Assembly (NCBI GenBank): GCA_965644295.1
Contig: CBFFRP010000080.1
Location: 372,001 to 436,000, forward strand
Length of the DNA stretch: 64,000 nt
Source: Paraphysomonas bandaiensis
Taxonomy: Eukaryota > Protista > Chrysophyceae
Direction: 5' to 3'
The notes below the pieces were generated by a model. It did not search any database. It was not told where the DNA came from and saw only the letters and a program-made list of their open reading frames with translations. How positions within the stretch are numbered: position 1 is the first letter of the stretch; each line of letters opens with the position of its first letter. Below, in pieces: positions 14,466 to 27,259 of this stretch. The position numbers were made by a program, and so were the translations under genes.

Positions 14466-14754
14466 GTTGCTGCATTATTATTGGGTTTTCATCATCATGT
14501 TGTTTCCTTTACTAACCAGTTGCTACCTATCGAGCTTATGTTTTCTTCTTAGCGCCCAAAATATGTTAATATATCGAAGTATTTGTTACAATTGCAGAAT
14601 AACTATATTCGAAAGGTGCTGACAGAATTTACATCAATTTCGACATTACTTAATTATAAGAGCAGAAACAATTAAACCATGAAAATTTTACTCGCAGCTT
14701 AGTAGTTTTCCAAGCAGGTAGCTGATAATCCAAGCACACCGCATGTCGCAACAG

Positions 14755-15699
14755 TTATGCGCAATATTCAGTCTCAATAACGTTGACAAGTTCGTAGTCA
14801 TCATCATCATCATCAAAGTCGTCGTCATCGTCATCGTCAAAGTCGTCATCATAATCTTGGTCACACGATGCCTCAAAGACACTCGCAGAGTAAACGGGAG
14901 ATCCTGAGCAAGTTGTGGTGGGGTAATAGATATATACTGTGGCGTAGTGGTCAGTGCTGCAAGTGGAAGTATCGAGCATAAAGGAAGTATCACTCCCTGA
15001 AGGAACACATCCAGTAAGTCCATATTCACTAAAGTCCGTGTCACTGTACTCGATGAAGTTTTTATTTTCCTTGACATTGCACATGTCTTCTGGGTATGTG
15101 CGTTCCGAGAGAAATCCAGGAATGTATTGCTCGGTGGGATAGGTGGACAAGTAGTTGACCATATTATACTCGCCTTCTTGTTCATTCCATGTACACACAC
15201 CATAATCTTCAAAGCTCGGGAAATAGGTTTGAATTAAATCGGTGACCCGAATGGGTACGCCTTGGCAGTCCTTGCCTTCGTACTCGAGCTCAACATAGGT
15301 GTGGTCCTTTTTGTTAATCTTGTAAAGGTAAGACCTCTTTTTGTGATACTCATTCTTCTCGTTGTAGCAATAGTTAACCAGCTCACCAAATCTGTACTTT
15401 AAGGTGCTGCATGTGGCGTCAGTGTAGGCTCTCACCTCAACGAAGTTATCTCTCAACCTCAAAGAACGAAGATGACCCTCAGTATGAGATTCATCAAACT
15501 TCATATGACTGGCATCCTTGTGTCTGACATGGGTAGCAGGAACCTTTCTCGCCTTATCCAGTTTGGCAGATAGACTGGTCGGATTACTGACTTGGCTGCG
15601 AACCTTAGCAACCACTTCATTGACCTTGGCTGCTTCGATCTTGGAGTTAGCAGACACTCCAGCAAAGAGAGCAAGAACACAAAGAGCTTGGTAGATCAT
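14755..15699 (-). CDS. Intronless secreted protein, 314 aa: signal peptide, basic pro-region, repeated Tyr-x(3-5)-Cys modules, poly-Asp tail
   Basis: MIYQALCVLALFAGVSA signal-like N-terminus; HLRSLRLR basic motif; four Y...C modules; DQDYDDDFDDDDDDDFDDDDDDYE near the C-terminus. Confidence 0.8.
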   Translation of the reverse strand: MIYQALCVLALFAGVSANSKIEAAKVNEVVAKVRSQVSNPTSLSAKLDKARKVPATHVRHKDASHMKFDESHTEGHLRSLRLRDNFVEVRAYTDATCSTLKYRFGELVNYCYNEKNEYHKKRSYLYKINKKDHTYVELEYEGKDCQGVPIRVTDLIQTYFPSFEDYGVCTWNEQEGEYNMVNYLSTYPTEQYIPGFLSERTYPEDMCNVKENKNFIEYSDTDFSEYGLTGCVPSGSDTSFMLDTSTCSTDHYATVYIYYPTTTCSGSPVYSASVFEASCDQDYDDDFDDDDDDDFDDDDDDYELVNVIETEYCA

Positions 15700-17449
15700 A
15701 CTTATGATGTTAGTTCTGTAAACTCCTGAACTTAACTTGCATGTTCAGAGGGAAGGTGCTGCTACAGCCCGCTGCATATGTTACAGTATCTTTGTAGCTG
15801 CATCCACCTGCGTCTCCAGTGCTGAATTTTTTAGAAACTCATATGGTACAAACAAATCTTGAAGGGACACCGACAATGCCGGTGCAACGGAAACACAAGA
15901 AATATCCCACAACAAAAACGACCACCCCACTTGCTCGGGAGATATTTCTCAGAAATTTATTGTCCCCCGGTATTCTGGTATTCTGAATACTGCAGTACAT
16001 GTGTGTACAGCGTATCTAGCAATATGGAGATCTGCATATCCAGATAGACAGAGGCAGGAATGTATGGATACTGCTGTATCATTGTTGCATATCCCACACG
16101 TCGAGATACGTAGCTATGAGGCACTGCGAAGGTATGGCATGGCATGGCGTTACACCTCACAAACCTCGCAAGACCAGATCTATCCTACGCATATGCAGTC
16201 ATCATGAGGACAGTATGCTCATAGAGGAGGTAACCGTTAGAATATATCAGATGTCCGATATGGAGTCGTGTGTACTCAGATAGTGTGATGCAGTCAGAGC
16301 AAGAGGACTCCATCTTAGGTGCGAAACGACCTGATCGAAATTAAGTCAACTGTTGCTGTGAGCCTCAATGTACTTGTCGTTATAGATACAAGTGTACTTA
16401 TAACATTCGTATAAAGTAGCAGGTTGATTATTCTCTGCGTTCTACAGTTAAAGTTCATACATACACAGCAAAACTCCTCTAACAACTCGGTGTTAACCAA
16501 TTCGTTAATATATAGTGGAACCGACTCGTGCACTTCATAGTGATCCCTTTCCTTAACGCATAGTATATTAAACTTCACTAATTCATGTATACCTCTTAAC
16601 ATATGATATGCACATATACCAATATACAACAAAATAACAATGACTGAATTGTTGTTAGACTGTTCAAGATACGTTACTATATGACATACTCCTTTAAACT
16701 AAGTGTCTTGCTGTTACGCTGTTACACTATTAGGTATTAGGCTTTATTCCTTATGTGAAGTCTTTTATAAGTTCCTTTTATCTAATATGAAGAAAATCTC
16801 TCAATGAATATTACAAATTACAAACAGCAATAAATCTTAATTTAGTACATTACAAGTTAATTATAACTACTGTATACTATATACTATATACAGCTCTAAC
16901 CCTAATAGATGTATCATATATGCTAGCATTTAGCCATTTAGCCTATATATAATACATAATATGTAGCATAACAGAGTTTGAGTTAGACCGTTGAGTTAGT
17001 CCTTTACAACGAAAGAGCGCTTTTATGATGTAGGAGAAATTAGTTTATAAATACTTTGTCGATGTCAGTGATAACGTGATAACATATCACATATCCTACA
17101 TTCTCATATTAAAATTGCATAGGTTTAAGAATAATAAACCTCCCGCTTTTTATCGTCAAAATAACATGTACTATATATTAAAGGTGTATATTACGTAGAT
17201 TTCCAACAGGAGTAACGTTGGCTAGCGTATCATGCATACGCGTAATACAGTGATGTGCTAGTAAAAACAATAAAGAATTCCTTCAACTTGGCTGGCTCAT
17301 TACTAGTGATTAAGATTTCGCACATTTTCACATTCATTCATTTCGGGTAGTCTATTGAAAAAGACCAGCATCTGAGTAAACAATGTAGGATCAACCCTGC
17401 CAATGCAATAGCTACATTAATTTCGCTTCTATGATACTACTGTGGCCTC

Positions 17450-20400
17450 TTAATAATATCCACCGCCCGCGTATGAGCCACCATAATTCCCTCCTTGGTT
17501 ACCATATTGTTGGGCAGCATAGGGATCTCCATAACCACCATCATAGCCACCGCCTGCATATACATATCACTGATCGCAAATTAGCACACAGTACATGAAA
17601 CTTACCGTAGCCACCATCGGATATCATGAGGTTACCACCAAGTCCCATCATACCCCCACCCATGGCAGCTGCAGCTGCTGCGGCTGCCTCAGCTGACTGG
17701 TCTACGGATTTCTTAGGGGCAGTGCGCTCCTCAAGAACCTTGACCTTCTCGTGGAGATGTCTCGAGTACTGGATGCTGCAATGCGTAAGTAAGAAATAAT
17801 TAGTCGCAGGAGGGCACCACGCAAGCATACACACAAACTTACATGTATGGCATGACGTAATCGGTATATCCATTACGCCAAGCAAGCTCGATTGCCACAT
17901 CCGGCTTCACAAGATCATAACAGGTGAAAAGAGTGGCTGCAAAGCATGCTTTATCATGTACAGACACAAAGAACCTCAACAGGTCCTCCGCAGTGTCTGC
18001 ATCACCAGACTCGGCAGCTGTGTCGATAGCATCTTTATACATGCGGTCCTCTTTAGAGAGCTGTACACTCTGCGCATAGCGTTTGTTCTTCTTGTAAATG
18101 TATGCGGCAATACGACGGAATTCCAACAGTTCATGCTTCTCGACCTTCTGGGCAAGATAAATTTGATCAAAGTTATCAAAATCATCAATCGAAGAGCGAA
18201 GACTCTCGTAATCCTCCTCGGTGATGTAGAACTCATTGAGGGCCTCGTTAACAGCAGTCAAATTCTCCTTCTGTACACTCTTGAGATACTCACATGCCAG
18301 AGCGATGGCATCATTCTTGCGGAGCAGGTGCACGACACGAGCATGGTCGAGGTGAGGAGCGAGGACTTGAAGCAGTCTCGCAAGCTGAAGTGGGTGTTGC
18401 TTGACATAAAAAGTAATGGCCCTATAATGGATTTCTGGATTGCGAACTTTGGTAACGCAATCCAAGAACAAGTCCTGACTGAAAGCCACGCAATGGTCAA
18501 CCATCGTCTTGACGGCAGCATCGTGCTGACCATCCTCCTTGTACAGGAAGACAGTCTCATTCCAGAGCAACGCTTTCTCGCAGGCTTTCAGCAGCTTCAC
18601 CACATTACAACGACTCCAGAATATCTTGATGTGTTCCATCAACTTGGTGGGCTGGTACTTTGAGTACAAAATACCTAGCTCAGTAAATACGCCAGAGTGG
18701 GCGTTGTCAAGGCCCAATCCCTGCTCCAACATCTGCATGAGCTCAGTAGGACGGCCAACACGCTCATATAGGTTGATCAGTTCCAACAAGTGATCAGGGT
18801 GCACAATAATATGCAGACCACAAATATTGGCGAGTCGGAACTCCTGTGCACGTACACAGGCAGCGTTCACTTCCTTCCAAGTGGAGATAGAGTTCGCCTT
18901 AGTTGCGGAATCAACAGCTTCACGATACATCTCAAGGTTGACATAACAGAGTGCGAGTTTCGCATTGTTGTTGATGTTCTGGAAGAGAATCTTGGCTGCT
19001 TCGAAGAGTCCTTCGTCAAAGCATCGCTCTCCGGTAACATCAATCTTGGCGACGTTCGGGGAAGAAACGAATTCCTCCAGTTCAGAGAGTTTGCGGGTGC
19101 GAGCAAGGGCATAAATTAGCTCTGTATCCAATGCCGCCTCCTTGATGTCCTTACGAGCCATCTTGAGGAATGGCACCAGGTCACCGTAGTTATCAATGTT
19201 GTGGGCTGCATTTATGACCAACAAATAGTCGGACGCATCCTTGGCCTTAATGTAAGAGTTGATAGCATCCGTAACAAATTGAGCATCCAGCTGGGCACGT
19301 GCGAGTTTGGACCACACAGGGGCGATATTAACCCTCTCGGCGAATTCCTTTCCGCGGTCCAAATCGCGGATCAAGTCCACTATAACCTCAACTGCAGCAA
19401 CATGGTGCTCAGTCTTCTCTTCCCCTGTGGCCTTTTTACCAAACTTGATGTAGATTGTCAAAGCCTCTTCGAAAAGCTCGTACTCTTCACTGGCAGCAAT
19501 CTTGGCAATATCAGGTCCATCGAAGTTATCCAAGCGGTTAATGTACTCCATCACCTTTTCTTTATACCCTCCGCGAATGGCGGTAAGAATGAGAAGGTTC
19601 TGAAGAGACTTGTGCTTGGCGAAATCAGATCCCTGCAGCACAATGCGCTCAAGAAGCTCAATCAGCTCTCCGGGCAGATCGCACTCCATGAAGGCACGCA
19701 CAGTGGTCGACACCTCATCAGCGTTCTTCGTCTCCGGCAGGGCCGTCTGCACCACCTGGTCCAGAAGATAGCGGCGGCTTGGGGGTTCCTCATCACCTTC
19801 CTCAAGCCCTTCAGGTTTGAGGACGCTCTTCCACAACTCGATATCTTGCTTTTCAACAAGGTATCTGGCAAGGTCCTTAAACAGACCGTTCTCTTGGGTT
19901 ACACGAACTAGCTCTGCGTCACATTCTCCGTGAGCATGCTTGTAGGCCACAAAAGCCAAATGGGGATCTAGCTTCTCGCAAAATGCGCCAATAACTTTTG
20001 GCTCGTAGAATTGATTGTTCTGCAAAAATTGCATAGGATCACGGTTCAGCGAGATGTATATCTTTCCGATCGCGTTGTGAACAGGGGGTTCAGTGTTGCC
20101 CTGGGCAACACGAGCCTCAAGCCACGGCTGAAGTAGGCGCAATCGATTGCGGCGTTCGGCCTAAATAAACAGTAAAACAATTAATACATAGAAAACATGC
20201 AATCTGCAACGCGTAGAGAATTATTAATAAAATACAATGTTGCACACAAGGATGGTGACTCAGCAAACGTTATTTATCAGCGATTTCACGAGCGCTACTT
20301 TGCAGTGGCGTTCGCGAGCACGTATCTAGTTTCAGCAACGTGAAAGCATCATTGTCATATAATCTGGACGAATATAAAGATAGGGAATGTAATATTTCTT

Positions 20401-23133
20401 ACCTGCTCCACAAGTTCCTCAGCTGGGCACATCTGACCCACTTGATTCAGAAGGTTGCGAACAAAATCTTCCGGACAATCGAGATCCAGCAATTTACCAA
20501 CAACCATAGGGGTCTTTTGCGGTGACACCTTAACAACATAGACTTCGATGTACTTGTGCAAGTTGTTAGAGTACAAGTAGGAGGTCATCTCTTCGACGAA
20601 GTCAAAGCGGTCGCAGACATGGATAAGGGGGCGGGGATCTGGAAGCTTGGCATCCATCAAGAACTTCTTCACCTCAGCAGGATCATACACAGTGCTGTCC
20701 CGACACACACGCTCGACTTCCTTGAACTGCTGCATCTTGGCAGCGGCCTCAATGTACTTGATATGTACCAGGGGAACCTGGGAGTTATTAACAATCGCTC
20801 CAAGATAGTAGAAGAGACCCTCGAAGGACTTGAAGTCCTCAAAAAGCTTGATCAGCTTCTCAGGGCCGAGAGGATCAGAGTACTTGGTGGCAATCTGGAC
20901 CACAAGCTGCAAATTCTGACGTATATTGCGCCCGAGAAGTTCTTTGATCACCTCTAAAGAAGCCTCCTGTGAGAGAGACCCAAAGTAATTCACCACAAAC
21001 TCGGGGTTGATGCCTTGGGAGTTCTGTAGAACCCTCTTGATGTCTACCATATCTGTGTAGTTCTCAAGAGCGCGCTGGTACAAACCAGCTTGTTCACAAA
21101 GACGAGCGATGCGAGGTTTATCGTAGTGAGTGAACATCTCGTTGCCTAGAATTGCATCTGCCACCTGGGGAGACCCTCCCATGAGGTTGATTTCGAGCAG
21201 CTTGGTTTGCAGGAAGCCTTCCTCTTTCCTGTTTCCCTTGAGGGCCTCCAGCAAAAATGCGGTGGCTTCGCGGAGAAGGTTGGCTTGCATGAATATATCT
21301 AAAACAGCGTTTGCATCCAACAGCTGACCAGACTCATGGTTGACGAGTTTTTTAGCAAACTCCAAAGCTCCTGAAGGGTTCTGACGCACGAGGTTCTGGA
21401 GCATATATGCGTAGTCACAACGATACCCGACCTTGGTGGCATACGCCACTATCTTATCAAACTCTCCCTTCTGCATGAAGCAGTTGACGGCCTTCTCAGG
21501 CACATTTGCACGGAGGTAAACAGTCAATGCAAGGTTTACATCTGCCTTTGAAAGAAGATCACCTAGCTGCTCAGAATGCTCTAGCTTATCTTCCCCAATC
21601 CATTTTTCGAGCATCTGGGGCTTGCCCTGTTGTAACACAAGGCCAGCGAGATCAATCGACTCATGCTTGTTGAGTTTGCCCTTCTCGAGCAGCACGCTAA
21701 AGTACTGGAACACAGGCTGAGGCTGGCCAGGCTGACCTTGCATTTGCTTGAAGCGGTTGATAGTGTCTGGAGTACGGAGAATTCCCTTAGGGGAAGTAGC
21801 GGCCAGGCGAGCTGCACCAGGAATGTCCCCTGAGGCCATCAGGCTGTTAAACTGAGAGACATAGATATCATCTGCACCGGATAGGTTCAGGCGTGTGGCA
21901 AGCTGAAGAGCAAGTTCCTGGTCACGTAGAGTGCCAATAATGTAAGGAACCAAGTTGTTCTCGTTTAATGACACATGTAGAACCTGTCCCTTACGAGAGG
22001 TGATTGCCAGGATGCCGCCAGAAGCAGCGTGCTCACATGCCGCAAACACAGTATCCTGAGTGATGCGGGCACGGTACATTGGCTTGCCTGAGTGGATATC
22101 AAACATGTACAAGTAGCCCATCTTGGTAACCATATAAAGAATATCGTGCACTTTGGAGACGTTCATTGCAACTGGAAAGTCATTCCCAGCATCAGCAGGA
22201 ACAGGAATATTCTGTGGGGCAACCCGAAAAACACCTCCAGGTGCATTCTTGTCCCTTCCAATTTCCATAATAAAAATTTGTGCCGGCTGGTCGGGCTTCT
22301 TTTGCTCGAAACACAGAACCTGTGCCGGGTCACGCCCAGGTAAATTAACCATGGCAAAGGACCCGCTGTGTCCTTGCAGCATTTGAGAGACCTGCTTCTC
22401 GATCGAATACAGTTGCATATTGCCATTAATTGTAGGGCCGGATGGGCCAGCAGGGCCGGCGCAGATGCCCACAAGCAAACACCACTTGCCATCACGAGAC
22501 ACTTGGTAGTTGATAATTTGTGTTCCTTCCATCATTGCAGCATTGCGATCAAATATTTTAACTGGCGCAGCATCACCTGAACAAATATGTGATCACACGG
22601 GCAATAATGATAAAGCATAATTACCTTCAATAGACCAATGAAATACTGACTCAGCAGTAACAAGGGCAATTGAATTGGGGGAAGTCCACCTCCAGTACTG
22701 CACTGGAACAGGCATAGCGTGGCTCTTCATCTTAGCCCTCAAGTCAAGGTTGAATATCTGCAACTGCTGACCAGCTATATAAAAAACAGTAAGACGAAGT
22801 AACAGCAAAATCGTGATGTACCTCTCAGAGCAATGACCTTTGAGACAGGATTCATAATGGCAGCTTCTGCAGACATGCGCTGACGAGTGACGGAGTTCCC
22901 TGCAGTGAGATCCACAATAGCGATTTGTCCAGCGCCTCCTTGGTTCTCACAGACAGTAATATACTTCTCCGACTCCATGGAGCATGATCCAATCTTGACG
23001 CTCTCGCCATTGATCCCAAGGGCCGTTAACTGCACACAAGACAATTGCAATTAAAAGGATGTCAAACAGAGCTAGGGGGCGGGTTCCTTACATTGACTAA
23101 CTCACTAAACGTAATTGGTAACTGTTGAGCCAT
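17450..23133 (-). CDS. CHC: Clathrin heavy chain
   Basis: MAQQLPITFSEL..., SMESEKYITV, MSAEAAIMNP, GNMQLYS, LRTPDTI, LPDPRPLIHVCDRF, CEKLDPHLA, EKHELLEFRRIAAY. Long exons 17839-20160 and 20402-22578. Gly/Tyr-rich tail ending GGGYY-stop at 17450. Confidence 0.98.
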
Positions 23134-23698
23134 TGTTACAAAGCTGACTACCACGGCTTAACAACAGATAATGCAACAATTAGCAGAGTATGGGGACGGG
23201 CTGCTATCTGAGTGTGTCTTGCTGTTGCTGCTGCATGCATCATGTTGTGGAATTTTTTGCATCAGATGTGGGAGCGATTTTTTCGGCGTATCTTCAACAG
23301 ACACGTATCCTACAAGATGTAAAAATGACATACATATGAGGAGAAAGATATTCCGACATACATCACGAGCAGCAGCATTAGGAGTGGAATTGCGTACGTA
23401 GTATACCAGGTATACCGGTACTGTATACCAATGAGAAGGTCTCACCCACAATACGGCAGTGTACTTTATATCCTGCTGCAGGTCACCGTCATATGATTAA
23501 GGAGAAGCCTAGTGGGAGGTGTGGTGTTCGCTCTACGTCTACTGATTGCGACTCTCATGTAATGATATCTGTTTTGTGGGATTAAAAGGCCGTGTGGTCC
23601 AGTTAATGGGGACCGTGTTTTATGCTTCCCTGTGTTTCGTGAAGTGATTGTCGTCTGTTACTTATTCTATTTCTTTCCTTGGTGAGTCATATCTGATT

Positions 23699-25228
23699 AT
23701 GAGGCAACACACTGCCCCTGCAGTACAGGTTTATCCTAACCATTCTTCGAGAGGCAGTAAAAAGAAGAAACACCATGTAAATTTGAGGAAGTCACACCCT
23801 TCATTTAGCCCTGAACAGATTGTGAAGTATTTTAAATGGTTTAGTGCCCTCAGCACTACTAAAACTGGGATGGTTGTGCTCGATGATATTGCTAATTCTT
23901 TTGTTTCTGCGGGACTAGTAAAATTTAAAAAGGAGGTTCGGTACATGTTTGAGGATGTTATCTCTCCTGATTCTGAGGAAATTGAGTTTGATGATTTTCT
24001 CAACATTGTGTCTGCTAATATTTTGAGCAATCAAATTCCCCAACAGAAATTGGAAGATTTAGTGGACAGCGAAAGCGACCTCTCAGCAGATACATTGCTC
24101 TCGCAAGAACGCAGAAAATTATTAATGGAGCATGTTGTTAACCGGGCCGCTGTAAGAGCATGGGGAGTTGACAGTAGTCTTGTAAGTTTTACCACTCCAC
24201 CAAGGAAGTTACGGAATCGTAAACCCGTCGATGAATTGGCTATTAAGTATGAACAGCAACGAGTAGAAGCCAGTGATGTTGTGTGGGAACTTCACGATAT
24301 CCTAAAGAAAACACGTGAGCAACAAATTGAACAGGCTGCATTACCAACTCCAAAAGTATGCCAGAAGAAAAAGACTGTGCTATTACCGTTAGAGGAATTA
24401 TTAAGCCCCCAGCTATTGGCTGACTTGGATGTAGACCAGTCACTCCTGGCCGATCCACCTAAGTGCGAGAAAGGAAATAATGTGTTGTTTTTCCCGGGTA
24501 GTTCACTCACAGAGTCATTTTCAGTAAGTATTTACCATTTTATTACAGTTTAACTTATATACATTATTTTTCAGGATCATGATACTATTTTGTCTCCTTT
24601 GGTTACTCCTCGGGAGACGTCGCCCGTCGATGCAATGGAATCTATTGACCAGGGGGAACGCTTGCTATCCTATCCTAGTCCTGTGCTCGTCGTCAGAGAA
24701 AATCTAGTATATAACCCCGATGTGTGTCCGCTCGTCAATTTAGCTGAAGACATAAAACGGCCAAATACATCCAGTTTGGTACGTATCCGTTCGCCGCCAC
24801 GGAGGCCTGGGACGGGGAAACTTCCTGTTTATTCACAACGACCAGCAACGAGTGATACAGTTTCTCCAACGAAATTGGGAGCACCACTGAATTATCTCAG
24901 CTCCATGCATATGCCTGACATACATGGACAGAAAATAGGACAACGCCCATTAACCACAAGTACTGTACCGAGGACGCCCAATATCCGTATGTCTAATCGA
25001 GCTGGAACTGAAACGGTGCCGACGGGAAAGCCATTGAACCATTCTCTCAACAATAGAAATTCTGTGGGCATGATACAACATTGTTCTTCGTACGATGCAC
25101 CATCGTCATGTTCAAAGAGGACAGGCCGTAGAAATTCCAGACCAGAACGAAGACTTAGTAAGGGTGGATTTGAAGGACGTAGTAGAAGTCCTATTCCTCT
25201 TCCTGCGCGGCGTAGATTAGCCATATAA
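23699..25228 (+). CDS. EF-hand-like protein with a disordered Pro/Ser/Arg-rich C-terminus (2 exons)
   Basis: WFSALSTTKTGMVVLDDI and MFEDVISPDSEEIEFDDFL resemble a degenerate EF-hand pair. GT-AG intron at about 24526-24574. RPxT repeats in the tail. Confidence 0.6.
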
Positions 25229-25814
25229 CGTTCTTAATTTACCTATGGTCAGGAAAGGTTTACCACTGGTGGAGAACTGCTTTTCAAGCAGTGTATATTT
25301 GACTTAATTTATTGGAACATGTGTGTTGCCGTGCTAATTTATTTTCTGTGATGTGTGAATAGGAGGATTGATTACCGATCATGAATCATAAGCTGATGTA
25401 TGTACGCATATGTGATAATGCTCTATACTGCACAACTATAGTGTCTTATTAATAAAGAACACAGTGTTGGTCAATTAGCTTGTGTAGTCTTAATTTAACG
25501 TTTACCTACTTATAGACAGAAACAGCTTTCGAAAATATCACATTTTTTATAATCCCCATTTGTCTCGAAAGAAGTGTTATTTCCCTTCATAGGGCTACGC
25601 TCATGTTAGCACCGGGCAAATGTAGACATTCAATTTAATTATGATCTTGACAGTCATTTGAAAGTTGATTCATTATATTCCGGATTCTGGATACATTAAG
25701 TGTTCAACAGTTTCACCTATAGGGTAAGGAGTATCACCCATTGGCCAATTATAAAACTTGGGCCTTGTTATAAAAGTTTTAGCGCGGGACAATATACAAT
25801 ATAGCCTCCTTATA

Positions 25815-26571
25815 TTATATTGAAAGTCTTTTTATTGAAAGTTCCGATATAGTGGCTAGTTGAATGCTAGACCTACTAGTTAGACCTCTATTCATAACTA
25901 ATCAGCACAAATTCTATTATCCTTCTATTTAGCGCTACAGTAGCTGCTTGTGCGTCGCCGCAAGCACCAAGGTGCAACCACTTCCGTTCTTAATGTTGTT
26001 TGTGAGTTTCGCCCTGCTCGTGTGTCTTAGGACTCACTGGCGCGTGTTGTCCGGGGGTCTTCCCTTGGGATAAGGTTCCGCCAGGCTCTGAGGTACAGGG
26101 TTCGTCATTAAGGTCCTGAGTGTACCGAGCACTAGATGTGTGTGCTGAGAGGTTGATGGTGTGGTGGAATGTGTCGTTGTCGCCGTGCACCGTCTGGGCG
26201 TCAGGCATAGGTGGAGTTGCCGGAGACGGCGTCGCCGCTGTCTAGGGCCTGATGGTTTCATGCGGTCCGGTGCTATGGTCCTATGCGTATGATTGGTGGG
26301 GTTCATATGTGCGGTGGACGGTGTTCCAGTCTCGGTTCGTCTGTGGATTCCTAGTAGTTTTAGCACCCTTGGGCGTTTCCATTTCTGTCTATGTTTTGGA
26401 CGCGGTCGCGGTAGTAGCCTAGGGGGCCCTTTCTGTAGGGTAACATATCGTCTACTTCGATCTTGGATCATTAGCTTTGCTGCAGCGAAAAGCGGTAGAA
26501 GCAATCTGATGACCGCTGATTCGATGCTGCGCAGTCCTTGGGGTGTCAGTGACTCATGGATGTGATCTCCA
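25815..26571 (-). mobile_element. 5'-truncated non-LTR retrotransposon (LINE-like) 3' end, copy 1
   Basis: Flanked by 12-bp direct repeat AGCCTCCTTATA (25803-25814 and 26572-26583). Contains LLPLFAAAKLMIQDRS, homologous to copy 5, and the conserved 49-nt core at 25938-25986. Confidence 0.75.
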
Positions 26572-26619
26572 AGCCTCCTTATAACCCGTGGTTAAATATA
26601 ACTATTTTCTCGATATTAC

Positions 26620-27259
26620 AGTAGTGAATGTCTGATTATTTAGCAATAGGCGTTGAGACCTTGCATCAATTAGTGGCTAGAAGAATGCTAGTCATACTAG
26701 TTAGACCACTACCCGTAACTAATCAATACAAACTCTTTTATCCTACTATTTAACGCTACGAAAGCTGCTTGTGCGTCGCCGCAAGCACCAAGGTGCAACC
26801 ACTTCCGTTCTTTTTGTGTGATATGAAATTCGCCTTTATCGTGTGTCCGTGGACTCACCGGCGCTTTTGATCTGGGGGTCTCCCTTTGGGATGGGTCTCC
26901 ATTGGTTTTGGAGGGGGCTCAGCATTCTGAATTAGGGTCCTGAGTGCACCTAGTTCCAGATGTGTGGGTTGGGAGTGGTGGGGATTGTTGGGAGGAGGAG
27001 TTGGGTTTGTAGTATGTGTTACTGTGCTCCTGTGGGGCCGCGGGTGTAGATAGAGTTGTCGAAGCCGTCGGCGTTGTGGAGGTCTGGGCAGTCCAGTGCT
27101 CTGTCGGGTAGGACCTGTGAGGTGTGCACGTGTGTCTGGAGTCGGATACGCTGTGGGGGGTTTTCGTTGGACCCCTAGTAGTCGAAGGACTCTCGGACGT
27201 TGTCTTGACTGACTGCGTTTCGGACGGGGTCTCGGGAGTAGCCTGGGCGGCCTTTTGGA
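26620..27259 (-). mobile_element. 5'-truncated LINE-like 3' end, copy 2
   Basis: 12-bp TSD TCTCGATATTAC (26608-26619 and 27260-27271). Left end GTGAATGTCTGATTATT..AGCAATAGGCG shared with copy 3. Core at 26759-26807. Confidence 0.75.

Noticed and set aside
17956-22580. Long antisense and alternative-frame ORFs over clathrin (and over RPN1 and the IQ gene)
   Set aside because: Shadow ORFs caused by codon bias of the real genes.
25938-25989. Peptide ERKWLHLGACGDAQAA as a conserved coding motif, or an HDV-like ribozyme, in the retroelement core
   Set aside because: Preceded by an in-frame stop in copy 1, contains a stop in copy 3 and changes non-conservatively; HDV topology (GG after P1', L3 UCC) is absent.
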